A stretch of DNA of 64,000 bases from a virus (IMGVR_UViG_2744054526_000001:16391-80390), one strand, 5' to 3'; positions 30,264 to 41,033 are shown, counted from the stretch's first letter. Notes: generated by a model from the letters alone, not told the origin. Numbers and translations are program-made.

Positions 30264-30348
30264 GGATACTCTCCGTCAATAAAAACGCCAGCAACGATGG
30301 TTGGCGTATGGGAAATAAAGGATATACAGGGATGATGAATGGGTGTGG

Positions 30349-30585
30349 TCAGGAGGAGGATGCTCTGAGCATGCCTGACTTGCGGATATAACGGTTAAGC
30401 CCTTCACCGGCATCCGGTTCAAAGCACCACGCCCGCCAGATCATTCGACCTTCAGAGTCACGAACCACCAGGCGGAAGTGTGTGCCCTGGTCGTCTTCAA
30501 TGCTGATGTTGCGATACCTGCGGGTAATCGCTTCGGCCTGCTGTCGGGTAAAAGGTCCCGGTGGCAGCATGTGAGATTCAGGCAT
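30349..30585 (-). CDS. DUF905-family (YkfF-like) protein
   Basis: GPFTR.QAEA...IEDDQG.HFRLVVR...WRAW.FEP.AG. Confidence 0.88.
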   Translation of the reverse strand: MPESHMLPPGPFTRQQAEAITRRYRNISIEDDQGTHFRLVVRDSEGRMIWRAWCFEPDAGEGLNRYIRKSGMLRASSS

Positions 30586-30662
30586 TCGATGTACCTTAAA
30601 AGCAAAAACCCCTGACGCTGCCGCGTCAGGGGTTGTGGGTGTATGCAGGTGTGGGGTGATAA

Positions 30663-31073
30663 TCAGTAACCGGTTTGTACCTTATACAGCCGCAGGGTTT
30701 TGCTACCCCGGACAATTTTCACATACAGGGCATTATCTTTCGTGCTGCGCACAAATCCGGCCTGCACATCGCCCTTACAGTCACCACCATCGTAAGGAAT
30801 ATTGACACCGGTCTGGCGCACCAGGTCGATAACCCCGAAGCTAAGGTCTTCACAGGCCGGGCCCGGCAGGTCCTGAATCAGGGCAAATTTATGGTCGTCG
30901 CTGACACCGGTCAGTGAACACATGGAAGTATTGATGTCGTTTCCCTGGCACCAGTACTCCTGGCCTGGATTGTCTTTATCCATCAGGTTTGCCGGAAGCT
31001 GAGCGGCACTGGCACTGAAGGTGGCGAGCAACAGAATGAGGGCGGATATGGCTGAAGTGATAATACTTAACAT
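30663..31073 (-). CDS. Secreted hypothetical protein
   Basis: Sec signal ending ASA; four Cys in the mature part. Confidence 0.7.
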   Translation of the reverse strand: MLSIITSAISALILLLATFSASAAQLPANLMDKDNPGQEYWCQGNDINTSMCSLTGVSDDHKFALIQDLPGPACEDLSFGVIDLVRQTGVNIPYDGGDCKGDVQAGFVRSTKDNALYVKIVRGSKTLRLYKVQTGY

Positions 31074-31162
31074 GGCATTCTTCCTGAATTAATGGGTGCC
31101 AGATGACACCCGATATATTTGCAGGGCATCTGGTGTGATTTAAAACGTCTTTAATCAGATGC

Positions 31163-31729
31163 TCAGCAGTTACCGGTACGGCGGCACAGTTCTTTCAGGC
31201 TTTGCTGAGAGGCCCACTGTTGCAGTTGGCGATCCTTTTCTGTCTGCCTGGCCTTAATGGCAGCCAGTTGTTGTTTATTTGTGCAGCTTTCAGGCAGCAC
31301 CATCAATACACGGGGCTCCGCCTTTTTATTAACCATCTCAAGCTGCACCTGTGTATCGACGATACTGAAGTAACACCCTTTACCGTTATCCTCACCCTGG
31401 TACACCACATCAAGATCAGAAGCATATCCGCTAGCCGTTTTCAGGTTCAGATAACGGACGGTTTTTGTTTTTTTGTCAGCTAGATACAGAGGGGTGTTAT
31501 AGGCCTGGCGCAGCAAAAATGTATTCGTCCACGGATAATAACCAATGATGTCAGCCTTCAACCCAAGCGCATTGAGCATTTTCACATCATCATAGCCATC
31601 CGCAGAGGTCCAGCCGCTTTTCTTCATGTCGTACCAGTTGGTGAGACGACCGGTGACATCGTAGGCATGTGCGCTGGTCGTGAGCAGCAGGAGCCCTGTA
31701 ACAGCCAGAGTAGTGAGTCTTCTTTTCAT
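31163..31729 (-). CDS. Secreted hypothetical protein
   Basis: Sec signal MKRR...SAHA; four Cys. Confidence 0.72.
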   Translation of the reverse strand: MKRRLTTLAVTGLLLLTTSAHAYDVTGRLTNWYDMKKSGWTSADGYDDVKMLNALGLKADIIGYYPWTNTFLLRQAYNTPLYLADKKTKTVRYLNLKTASGYASDLDVVYQGEDNGKGCYFSIVDTQVQLEMVNKKAEPRVLMVLPESCTNKQQLAAIKARQTEKDRQLQQWASQQSLKELCRRTGNC

Positions 31730-31780
31730 CGTGATATCCTTTTATTGCATCATATAGGCATGTTGTTGTCTGAGCAGGAT

Positions 31781-32317
31781 TCAGGCCATAACGGTCAGAA
31801 CCAGCATTGCCAGCCATACCCAGAAGTAAGCCGGTTTCTGACCGAGGGTTTTCGCCCGTCGCCACAGATAGAACGGTACCAGCCACGCCAGTTTGCCGAA
31901 CGTGATGGTGTCCACTCCGGCCTTACGCAGACGTCGCTCATCGAGATACCCCAATGCGATATTGAGCAGCAGCGTGATAAACCAGTACTGTCCGCCCGAG
32001 ACAGCATCATATGCCTCGTCAAAGGACATACCGTTCAACCCTGCCGTCCACAGCTCAAGCGCATAACCAATGAAGGGAGCAAATGCCAGCGTCCATACCA
32101 CTCCGCCGGGAATGCGGTGCCCCGGCAGTGCGGGCGGGATGGTGCTTTGCTGCAGTACTGTAGCAAGCGGGGTGGCGGAGACCGGTTGCCAATCCGTCAT
32201 ACCCTGTCGCCACACCAGCGTGGCAGCGGTGAGTTCACCGCGCGCAATCAGGTCAGTGATGTCATCTTCGGTCACATTGTCGTGACGTATGCCATTTTTC
32301 TCGTAATGCCAGGTCAT
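31781..32317 (-). CDS. GYF_2 (DUF4339)-like domain membrane protein
   Basis: W.Y...G...L...G.L...TLVWRQGM.DW.P followed by several TM helices. Confidence 0.8.
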   Translation of the reverse strand: MTWHYEKNGIRHDNVTEDDITDLIARGELTAATLVWRQGMTDWQPVSATPLATVLQQSTIPPALPGHRIPGGVVWTLAFAPFIGYALELWTAGLNGMSFDEAYDAVSGGQYWFITLLLNIALGYLDERRLRKAGVDTITFGKLAWLVPFYLWRRAKTLGQKPAYFWVWLAMLVLTVMA

Positions 32318-32342
32318 TGTTTTTCCTTCTTAACAGAGGTCA

Positions 32343-33053
32343 TTAAATCAGTGTGTTGCCCTGCTCCTCCTCAGAGGCTCCAGAAGACAGGACTTCGCGA
32401 ATACAACTGAAGTGCGGAAGAGCCCGGATAAAGCCCGCCTGTGTGGTTAACTGGCTGAGACGTTTTCGCGGGGTAAAAGTGGTGTTCAGGACTGTCACCG
32501 CATGGATGGTCGCCAGAGGGTGCACGGTGATATACCCGTTAAGTTCACCGGTGAGGTACCAGCAGCCGTCGAGTGATATCAGGCGGTACGGGGCCAGCCC
32601 GTCACAGCGCTCTCCCTCGGCCAGCAGCAGGACCCGCTGGCAGGCAGTAATGGCACTGACAAGACGGTAGAAGACCAGTGAGCTGGCCGGTGACACTGAC
32701 TGTGGCGGCTGCCATACCAGACACGGCATCCCTCCTGCAGTGAGCAGCATGCCCGCCAGACGCCGGTCCAGCCCCGGAAAAATATCGGCCAGTCCAGCCC
32801 GGTGAGCAAAGGTCAGCGCATCCAGTTCACCCTGTACGCCTCCACCGGTGCTGCGCAGGCGGCATTGCCCCCGTAGATACTCCAGGTCCAGATACATCAG
32901 CCGTTCGCGAAAATCCCGTCGCAGGGTACGGACTGACACACCAAACTCAGCAGCCAGTCGGGCCATGTTCAGCGTCTCACCGGCAACCAGGCGGCTGATT
33001 ATCAGTGACAGCCTGACAGCCAGTCGGTCATGACGGCGCTCTGCCTGTGTCAT
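32343..33053 (-). CDS. HTH-WYL transcriptional regulator (YfjR-like)
   Basis: LAAEFGVSVRTLRRDF HTH; PYRL...GCWYL. Confidence 0.85.
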   Translation of the reverse strand: MTQAERRHDRLAVRLSLIISRLVAGETLNMARLAAEFGVSVRTLRRDFRERLMYLDLEYLRGQCRLRSTGGGVQGELDALTFAHRAGLADIFPGLDRRLAGMLLTAGGMPCLVWQPPQSVSPASSLVFYRLVSAITACQRVLLLAEGERCDGLAPYRLISLDGCWYLTGELNGYITVHPLATIHAVTVLNTTFTPRKRLSQLTTQAGFIRALPHFSCIREVLSSGASEEEQGNTLI

Positions 33054-33261
33054 CTTAAATCTCCGTAATAATTAACTGACTGAATATGAAATGATTCTAA
33101 AGAGGGGGGCGGACAGGGTATGGACATGGAATGAACTATTTTTTATCTGCCACCGAAGGCAGGCCCGACGCGGCATTCCGTAGAATACGGTGATAAAACA
33201 CCCAACCCAATGGAGGTAAAACGGACAGGGAGTGTCCCTTCCCAACATGCTGATAACAAGC

Positions 33262-34086
33262 TCAGGACTGAAGCCCATTCAGCATCGCTTCCGCCATCAC
33301 CCAGAGAGCCCGGTTGAGCTTCACATCTCCGTCAATACCACGCACGGCGCGGGTATGCGTTCGCCCACCTTTCGCACTCCGGCCACTGAGCCCGCCCTTA
33401 ATCAGGTTCTCCTGAATACGCTGGTATGTGGTCCACAGGTCGTTGCTCTCATCCTGCCAGCGGCGTGGGGAGAGTATCTGAGGTGCTGTCACCGGCTGGT
33501 GGTCCTCACCGAAACGGTACGTCAGTGCAGCCTGTGCCAGAGCCTGTTGTGCAGGTGGCGGCAGCATCAGCGACTGCATGGCATCCCGCTTCTCTTCCAC
33601 ACGGTCAAAAATCCCCAGCACCTCATACGCTCCCTCAATCACCTGGCTTACGACATCTCCTTTGTGCGGCACCCGCACCTCGCCAAACGACTCGCCGCAG
33701 ACGAGCCCGTTCTGGCATACCGCGCGGAATAATCCCGGCAGCATCTGATACGAGCTGGTGCCGTCATGAGAGTTCAGCAGAATGATTTCCGGGACTTGCT
33801 TGCCGGTAATCTGCCCTTCTCGGCGCAGGCGCAGCATGTGCTTTGTGTGATCGCGGCGACCTGGGTCACGCACTCTGGTCTGACAGGCAAAGAAGGGCTG
33901 AAAGCCTTCGCGCTGCAGGCTGTCGAGGAGAGAAATCGTGGGTATATATGTGTATCGTTCACTGCGGGATTCGTGTTTGTCCTCGCTGAAAACGCTGGGC
34001 ACCACAAGAAACAGTTCTTCGCGGGTTAACGGACGGTCGCGACGGATAAGATTTACTGCGCCAAAGCGCGAAGCCAGACGGGTCAT
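33262..34086 (-). CDS. DUF932-family (YafZ/YfjQ-like) protein
   Basis: MTRLASRFG, HESRSERY.YIPT, NSHDGTSSY, VCQNGL. Confidence 0.92.
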   Translation of the reverse strand: MTRLASRFGAVNLIRRDRPLTREELFLVVPSVFSEDKHESRSERYTYIPTISLLDSLQREGFQPFFACQTRVRDPGRRDHTKHMLRLRREGQITGKQVPEIILLNSHDGTSSYQMLPGLFRAVCQNGLVCGESFGEVRVPHKGDVVSQVIEGAYEVLGIFDRVEEKRDAMQSLMLPPPAQQALAQAALTYRFGEDHQPVTAPQILSPRRWQDESNDLWTTYQRIQENLIKGGLSGRSAKGGRTHTRAVRGIDGDVKLNRALWVMAEAMLNGLQS

Positions 34087-34184
34087 AAGCAGACTCCTCA
34101 TGATGGAAAATAAATACAAAAAGCCCTGCCGCAAAGTCGCGGCAGGGCTCAGGAAACTACGGGTTAGATTAGAAGGGTTAATTT

Positions 34185-35048
34185 TCAGAAGAAGAAATTC
34201 CAGACTGCACGAGCGACTGATACCACGATGTCGCGTACAGACTGGATGACTGTCCGAACCGGGGCCGGTATCAGGGGCATGGAACTTACTGTGTCCAGTA
34301 CCGAGCCGACCGTTTCACCAAAATCGTCACGGGCTTTTTTATTAACGGTATCGGTACGAAGTGGAGCACTAAGCTGTACCGCTACCGGACTACTGGCCTC
34401 CCGCGGCAGGCAACGAATCATCCGTTCAGCCATCACCCGCAGTCCCCACTGCAAACGTACCGACACCGCACAGACAGGGTTTACAGGTTGGAACAACTCA
34501 TGCAATAGACAGATTTTGCGGCTGATATTTTGTTTCTGTTCTGTTGACAGCTTTTCACCACCGCAGGTGGGGTCAACCTTGTCGGACTGACTGATAACAA
34601 AGAGCACCTTTTGCCGGTATGCCCCGCCAATCACCTGATGATAAAAATGCTCATCCACCGCCAGTGCCCGGTCATCGGCCTTGATCAACCACAGCACCAG
34701 GTCGAGCCGGGGAAGCTGTTGACAATACAGCGCGGCATACTCGTTATCGCGAACGCTACTTTCGCCCACACCGGGCAGATCCACGATGGTCATATAGCGC
34801 TTTCCCAGCTGCAGGCGAAAGCGCAAAGGTTCACGTGTGCAGGCGGCCACGTCGCTGACCGGTGAAACGTCCCCGGCAAACAGCGCATTGCACAGACTGC
34901 TCTTGCCTGCGCCGGTTTTCCCCATAATGCCTATTGTAGGCTCGTAGTGGGTTAACTGATTTATCTGCTGCAGAATGCGTTCAGAGACCCACTGGGGCAG
35001 GCCGGAAAGCGTTTGCTGCAGTGACTGCAGACCGTCAAATTGTTTCAT
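34185..35048 (-). CDS. YkfA/YeeP-like GTPase
   Basis: GKTGAGKSS, DLPGVGE, SQSDK. Confidence 0.92.
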   Translation of the reverse strand: MKQFDGLQSLQQTLSGLPQWVSERILQQINQLTHYEPTIGIMGKTGAGKSSLCNALFAGDVSPVSDVAACTREPLRFRLQLGKRYMTIVDLPGVGESSVRDNEYAALYCQQLPRLDLVLWLIKADDRALAVDEHFYHQVIGGAYRQKVLFVISQSDKVDPTCGGEKLSTEQKQNISRKICLLHELFQPVNPVCAVSVRLQWGLRVMAERMIRCLPREASSPVAVQLSAPLRTDTVNKKARDDFGETVGSVLDTVSSMPLIPAPVRTVIQSVRDIVVSVARAVWNFFF

Positions 35049-35543
35049 TACTGCTCCTCTGAAAAAGAATACAAAAACGGCAGAACCATAAGGTTCTGCC
35101 GTTAAGGGGTATGTTCAGGGAGGTGATATCTGTCTGAAGTTTTTTATAATGCTGGTATGCGTTTCCATTCGTTGGACTCACGGCACTAGCGAACCGTCTG
35201 AAGCAACGAGGGATCTGTTATGAGCGATGTACAGCTATTCGAACCCTGATAATTACACTTTGAAGTGATTCAGGGTATCCCCAAAAGTTTAAATCATTAA
35301 ACCCGACAACGTAGATACCTGCATAACTTCTATCACACCTCACAGAAAGGTAGCACTGACAACTGGTACTCCACTCAATTTATATATCATCAAGAAGTTA
35401 TCAGCGTTGTAAGCCACCAAGAACCATAAAAAACGTTTAATTCTTACTGCAAGATGAAATCAAGCTCACTATAAAACCCTTGCTAATTCGGTTAGCATAT
35501 CCCTAATTTTTTTAGGGCAGAAAATGCAATAAGGAAAATCTGA

Positions 35544-37451
35544 ATGCTCAGAAGGTTCCGGTTAGAGCGGAAGTCTGACTATGAAAAGCTGGTAATTGCT
35601 CAGCGTCTGGCGGACATGCTTGAGAAATTCTTAAGTGGAAGGCTGGCACCTCTGTCGATTGGTGCTGAACAAGGTGGCATTGAGGAGTGGGACGATGTGG
35701 TAATCATGCACACCGCAGACCACTATGAGCATTTACAGATTAAGCGTCAGTCGACTGACTTTTGTACCAAAGATCCTGATAAAGCTGTACAACTCGCTAA
35801 AAAACCCAGAAAGGGTTCCTCGCCCATCTCCCCGACCAATTCCGTTTTAGACTCGGCATTTTCCAGTCTTGCCAGAATCGCGAAAGCGGGAAAACTTGAT
35901 GAATCTCCTAACCGTGAGTTTAGACTCACCCTCGTGGGTCTGCATCTACAAATAAAAGATAGTTTTTCAGTCAATCATTTAGAAGAAGTCTGTGATCTTT
36001 GTCGTCAAAATGGACTCAGTATAGAGGAATTAGCTAAGCGTCAGGATGGTCCAACCACGAGGGCTTATTTATGGCTAACAACCTGGTGTGGATTCGAAGA
36101 CTGGAGTCAGATACGAAATGTACTTCGCCGGGTTAAAATCAATTGTATCGGTAACGATGCGACATTAAAAGATCGGACAATTCACTCGCTTGGTCGTTAC
36201 TTCAGCGATCCGAATCGTACACTGGACCGTTTAATTACCTATATCGCGGCAGAAACATCTGACGTAGCAGCCTTGGGATGCCATGACGTCGTCCAGGAAC
36301 TGCGAAGTGAACTGCGCCCTGATGTTGAAACCTGGGTGCAGTATCAGTTAAGCGACGGTTCTACTATGGCTGGTAAAACTTGGTCATTAGCCGGAACGCT
36401 TGATCTTGCCGGTTCAACAGAAAGGTCCGCAAAAGGGGTCGTTGAGCACATGTGGAGTCGTGAGCCCGGCAACCGCAAACTCAGAGTTTATGCCAATTAC
36501 TCCCCCCCTGCAGGCGATAATCTGACTCTTCTTTCTGCCATTGTGCGTATGGCTTTGCATTTACCCCAAGGCAGTCAGGGGCTGATGTTAGGTGAACCAG
36601 CGTGGCGTAGTAGCATTGGTCATGAAATTGGACACACACTTGGCTGTGCAGAACATGACTTCAGCGACCTACCTTGGCTTGAAAATGCCGAACGCCTATC
36701 CTGTGCACAGGATTATGAATTTAAGACAGTAAATGCTGCTCGAGGAGAAGCTGAAGCGCTTGCTAAAGCTATGGACGACGTGCTGTGGCAACGCCTTCTT
36801 CAAGGGGTTTCAGAAAAGCTTGGCTCAATCTCAGATTCGGCGCTAGCAGATGCGATGGAGACGGTTTGGCAGTCATGGCTGAGCGGGTTCGCAGCTGCAC
36901 CAGAAAAACGCCGAAAATTCATGGAGCAGCTTCTCTATCCGAAAACGGAGAAAAAAAATGAAAGACATGCGCTTCGCCTGGGCCTTCGTACTTTAAATCT
37001 TCTTGTTACCGCTGTTGAAACCTTATTACTGGTTGCTGTGGGTTTGCCTGAGGACAGTAATAACTGGGAATCTTTTCAGGAAGGTGGCCCAGTATTGAGC
37101 ATTGCTCTTAAGTACTGGTCTGGTCCTGCGGGTGGTTTTTCGGGAGTACGTGAGCTTTCTGACGATCCGTTAATAGACGTTATTGGCCCTAATCCGGATC
37201 CCATCGTTATCTTATCGGGTGTGAGTACATCCCCATCAGAATTATTGAATATAGGTATGGCTGACGACGCAGAGACTGCGACCAGTATGGCCGCGGAGCG
37301 TCAACCTCACCTGCTCGTCACGCGGTCTGGTATGTTTCGTCATTTACATAACGGAACACTTGACTCCGTACGCCAACATTTCACTAAGCAGTGGCAAGAT
37401 CGAAAGCTCGCTCGTGAATCGGCCATTGAGAAGAATGCGAAGGGATCCTGA
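35544..37451 (+). CDS. Lamassu/ABC-3C effector (LmuA-like) with N-terminal PD-(D/E)xK nuclease
   Basis: EWDDVV...HLQIKRQ Cap4-like nuclease motif; first gene of an operon with an SMC ATPase. Confidence 0.7.
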   Translation: MLRRFRLERKSDYEKLVIAQRLADMLEKFLSGRLAPLSIGAEQGGIEEWDDVVIMHTADHYEHLQIKRQSTDFCTKDPDKAVQLAKKPRKGSSPISPTNSVLDSAFSSLARIAKAGKLDESPNREFRLTLVGLHLQIKDSFSVNHLEEVCDLCRQNGLSIEELAKRQDGPTTRAYLWLTTWCGFEDWSQIRNVLRRVKINCIGNDATLKDRTIHSLGRYFSDPNRTLDRLITYIAAETSDVAALGCHDVVQELRSELRPDVETWVQYQLSDGSTMAGKTWSLAGTLDLAGSTERSAKGVVEHMWSREPGNRKLRVYANYSPPAGDNLTLLSAIVRMALHLPQGSQGLMLGEPAWRSSIGHEIGHTLGCAEHDFSDLPWLENAERLSCAQDYEFKTVNAARGEAEALAKAMDDVLWQRLLQGVSEKLGSISDSALADAMETVWQSWLSGFAAAPEKRRKFMEQLLYPKTEKKNERHALRLGLRTLNLLVTAVETLLLVAVGLPEDSNNWESFQEGGPVLSIALKYWSGPAGGFSGVRELSDDPLIDVIGPNPDPIVILSGVSTSPSELLNIGMADDAETATSMAAERQPHLLVTRSGMFRHLHNGTLDSVRQHFTKQWQDRKLARESAIEKNAKGS

Positions 37452-37452
37452 A

Positions 37453-38052
37453 ATGCCGACAATCCAAGAACTCGTTACTGCTATAACCAAGCGTGCTAAG
37501 GGCCGCTATGAAGTTCATTTTCCAGATGTGGACGAAATGGTTTCACCCTCAATTGATATCGGCATGACTGCAATACAACTCAGACGCATTAATCGGGAGA
37601 ATGCTGGATGGCGAACAGTGCTGATCACAGCATTTCCTAGTAACGTGGATAATATCCAGAGTGCTTTCCGATGGGCCGCTGATATCCGAGACATACTTGC
37701 AGAGCCTCAGACAGCAGACCTTTACATGTTTATGCTCATCGATGGAGTTGAGTCAGAAGATGCTGCCCGTTTTGAAACGGACGATCGATTTTGCAGGAAG
37801 GTGGTGCTCAGAAAGCAGGAAGATATTGACTCCTTCCTTGATCGAAGTTTTCTGGCGTCTTTAACACCTGCGAGAGGTGGGAATGATATCAGCGATCCTC
37901 TGCTAGCGTCTCTGAACTCGATGGGGCAAGCACACTCTTGGGTAGAACCTCATCTCGAAACATGGCGTGAATTGTTGCTCTCTGAGAAATCTGGCGATGA
38001 AATTGTTAATGCGCTGAGGGATATGATGTTTGGAGAGAAGGACTTTCAATGA
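37453..38052 (+). CDS. ABC-3C middle component (LmuC-like)
   Basis: 199 aa, DLY.F...ETDDRFCRK.V motif; coupled to both neighbours. Confidence 0.7.
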   Translation: MPTIQELVTAITKRAKGRYEVHFPDVDEMVSPSIDIGMTAIQLRRINRENAGWRTVLITAFPSNVDNIQSAFRWAADIRDILAEPQTADLYMFMLIDGVESEDAARFETDDRFCRKVVLRKQEDIDSFLDRSFLASLTPARGGNDISDPLLASLNSMGQAHSWVEPHLETWRELLLSEKSGDEIVNALRDMMFGEKDFQ

Positions 38053-41033
38053 AACAACTTAAATCTATCACGCTCTCAAATGTCCGCCGATACGGTACCG
38101 ACACCAAAATTGAGCTCAGTGGCGGTGCAACCATTTTACTGGCCCCTAACGGTACGGGGAAAACGGCCTTCTTCGAAGCGATCGAATTTAGTCTCACGGG
38201 TAATATTTCTCGTCTAGGCGAGAATCTTTCACCCATTATCAGGGACAGCCAGACTGTCGCTAAGGTGGTCTTGGATTTTGGGGATGTACAAGCCTCTGCG
38301 CAGGTGAGCAACGAAGGTGACGTCGAAAGGACTGGTGATTTAAGCTCTCTTTTTCCGGATACGAATTCGGAGGACATCCCCTTTTTATTAAGACTTACCC
38401 ACTTACTGGATCAGCGCGAGGGCCAATGGCTGGTCAAAGCGGATGCAAAAGTTGCGGGCGCTCAACTGGCTCGCTTGCCAATCGGTAAAGATGGAACCCT
38501 AGTTAGTAATGCTCTTGGCGGCATTCGCCGCGTTCTCACTGAAAAGCTGAAGCAAGCAAAGGGAGCCCTTGAGGCGCTCGAAGCTGAGTTTGGGGAGTGG
38601 CAAAGTCTGATTCTTGATCGGGACCAGGCGGCATCACAATCTCAGGGGGCCCTGCGCAGTAAAGAAAACATCGCAGAATCAATCTCAGACATAGCTCGCA
38701 ATACTCAGAGTGCAGAACAATTGCCAGTAGGTTTACTGGTTCCGCCAGTGGGTATCAGCAATCTGGAAACAATGCACGAGGCATTAGAGCAAACAGTACA
38801 AGCAAAGCTGAACCGACTTCGCGAACAGATTACTGCGCTTATGGAAGTGGATGGACTAATTGGCCGGTTCGTTTCTGAGCAAGCGCGTTCTGAGCAGCTT
38901 GGCAATGCGCTTATAACTGCTAAAGAGGAACTGACACAAAAACAACAGGAACGAGCCCAGCTAGTTGATAAAAAAGATAAACTCCAGAAGGAACTTGTCA
39001 CAGCTGAAGCAGAACGTGATGTAATTATACAGCAGCTTAACCGGCTCAATAGTGAGGCGCGAACCAAAGAGGCCTTCGAGCAATGTAAGCTTGACTTGGC
39101 GTCAGCTGACAAAGCGTTGGCCGACGCCCAGTCTCTGGCATCAACCTTGCGTCACATACATGAGGGGAACGAACAGCTACGTATTGAACATGAACTTATA
39201 AATAAACAGCGTAAGTCTCTGCAGCTTGTAGATAGTGAAGTACTCACTGCTCATCAACTTATCAAGCGCTGGGAAGACATTCTTCAACACATTGCGACAA
39301 TTACCGACTTGGTTAGCAATGAGGAAATTCAGGAGCGTGTACTTCAGGAGCATCTTCATACCGCGAATTCGTTAAAGGTATCAGCTGAAACAGATGAGCT
39401 TTCAGCGAAGCAGTTCCATGAGATGCTCACGTCTACTGCTGACTCTATAAGGCAATCCGTAGCCACCATTGCCGCACATTTACCAGAGGATCGCGGGGAC
39501 TGCCCTTTATGTGGAGTGGAACATGGCGCTGCCGTTCTTCATAAACGCATTACTAGATCATTAGAGGCTATAGACCCCAAAGTCATCGAAGCAGAACAGC
39601 GCGTTAAAACAGCATCCGATCACTTGCGGAAATGCATAGAAACAGTGACGCATACCGAAACAGAATTGAAAGCGTGCCAGAGTAAAATTGTTGAATTGCG
39701 AGGCGATATCGTTCGCTCAGTAGCAGAGATCAATCAACTCAAAACAAACATCCTTCTTGACGGAGATACGGTACAACTAGCGAAAGCATCTATCCAACGT
39801 CGCGAAGAATCAAATGCTTCAGCGAAACAGCAGATTGACGAAAAACAGCTTAACCTTGCCCCCTTACCGACACCTGAAATATTGGAAGCGTCTAAAAACG
39901 CATACCAATTGTCGACTCGCGAACTGGATACTGCGCGGCATAATCGGGCCGGAGCCTTGGCTAGCCTTGAACAAACAACCGCTGCATTAGCTGCAATAAC
40001 AGCAGGGGCACTCCCTTCAAAAACGTTGGCTGATTTATCCACTGAACAAAACAAAAATACGATTCAACTAGCTGAATTAAAATCAAAAATTGAGGCTGGG
40101 CAATCTGCATTGGATAGACAGAATATCCCTTTAGCTGAAGTTAATAATAAGATAAATGGCCTCGAAAAGCAGATCACTGACGCTCATGCTCAGCTAGCCT
40201 CAATTCGGTATTCATGGAGACAACTGTCCTTTCCCGGCGATCCCGCTCTCGAAGTGGCGAGCAGTAAAGAGATTCAACTGCAGTCATCCGTTGCTGACCT
40301 GTCCCGACATTCAGAACAGTTACAAACACTCAAAATTGAGATTGGCACTTGGAACAAGCTGGAACAGACTCGTTTGGCACAAGGGCTTATAGATCGTCGC
40401 CGAGGAACATCATCTGAGCAGGAATTCGCTACAAGTCTTAGCCAGCGAATTGATAACGAGAGAACAAATCAGATGCAGTTGCTGCAATTATCTGAAGCGA
40501 TGGAGACGCTCAATCGATGCCTATCTACTGAGATCTCGAATGTACAAAAACATGTGCTCTCTGTCGTTCCAAGGTGGCAGGCTTTGCTCAAACGCGTAGT
40601 CAGAGAACAGCGCTTTACTGGCACCAGTTTGGGTTTTCGCAGTATCTACAGAAAGGAACATGCTGAAGTATCTGTTCCGTTACATGGGGAGTCAGTACCG
40701 GTTCCGGCGATAGCAAGCGAAGCTCAGCTTACTGATCTACAGCTTACCTTCTTGCTCTCCATGGCATTGGAACACCAGTGGTCCTCATGGCGCTGCCTGC
40801 TTCTGGATGACCCAACACAGCATCATGACTTGGTCCACGCAGCGTCCGTATTCGATTTACTGCGTGATTACATAGTTGATCATGGCTTCCAGGTTGTAAT
40901 TGCAACACATGATGCCCTTCAGGCGCGTTATTTCATGCGCAAACTGCAAAATGATGGCATTGATGCACGCTTGTGGTCACTCGTTCCTACACCTGAAGGG
41001 GTGACGGCATCTGAGATGCGGATAACCAGGTAA
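38049..41033 (+). CDS. SMC/Rad50-like ABC ATPase (LmuB-like)
   Basis: Walker A APNGTGKT, long coiled coils, CPLCG zinc hook, SEAQ signature, LLLDDP, ATHD. Confidence 0.88.
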   Translation: MKQLKSITLSNVRRYGTDTKIELSGGATILLAPNGTGKTAFFEAIEFSLTGNISRLGENLSPIIRDSQTVAKVVLDFGDVQASAQVSNEGDVERTGDLSSLFPDTNSEDIPFLLRLTHLLDQREGQWLVKADAKVAGAQLARLPIGKDGTLVSNALGGIRRVLTEKLKQAKGALEALEAEFGEWQSLILDRDQAASQSQGALRSKENIAESISDIARNTQSAEQLPVGLLVPPVGISNLETMHEALEQTVQAKLNRLREQITALMEVDGLIGRFVSEQARSEQLGNALITAKEELTQKQQERAQLVDKKDKLQKELVTAEAERDVIIQQLNRLNSEARTKEAFEQCKLDLASADKALADAQSLASTLRHIHEGNEQLRIEHELINKQRKSLQLVDSEVLTAHQLIKRWEDILQHIATITDLVSNEEIQERVLQEHLHTANSLKVSAETDELSAKQFHEMLTSTADSIRQSVATIAAHLPEDRGDCPLCGVEHGAAVLHKRITRSLEAIDPKVIEAEQRVKTASDHLRKCIETVTHTETELKACQSKIVELRGDIVRSVAEINQLKTNILLDGDTVQLAKASIQRREESNASAKQQIDEKQLNLAPLPTPEILEASKNAYQLSTRELDTARHNRAGALASLEQTTAALAAITAGALPSKTLADLSTEQNKNTIQLAELKSKIEAGQSALDRQNIPLAEVNNKINGLEKQITDAHAQLASIRYSWRQLSFPGDPALEVASSKEIQLQSSVADLSRHSEQLQTLKIEIGTWNKLEQTRLAQGLIDRRRGTSSEQEFATSLSQRIDNERTNQMQLLQLSEAMETLNRCLSTEISNVQKHVLSVVPRWQALLKRVVREQRFTGTSLGFRSIYRKEHAEVSVPLHGESVPVPAIASEAQLTDLQLTFLLSMALEHQWSSWRCLLLDDPTQHHDLVHAASVFDLLRDYIVDHGFQVVIATHDALQARYFMRKLQNDGIDARLWSLVPTPEGVTASEMRITR

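Noticed and set aside
31667-32410. 247-aa plus-strand ORF
   Set aside because: Antisense to the GYF_2 membrane gene, which has recognisable motifs and fits the minus-strand operon.
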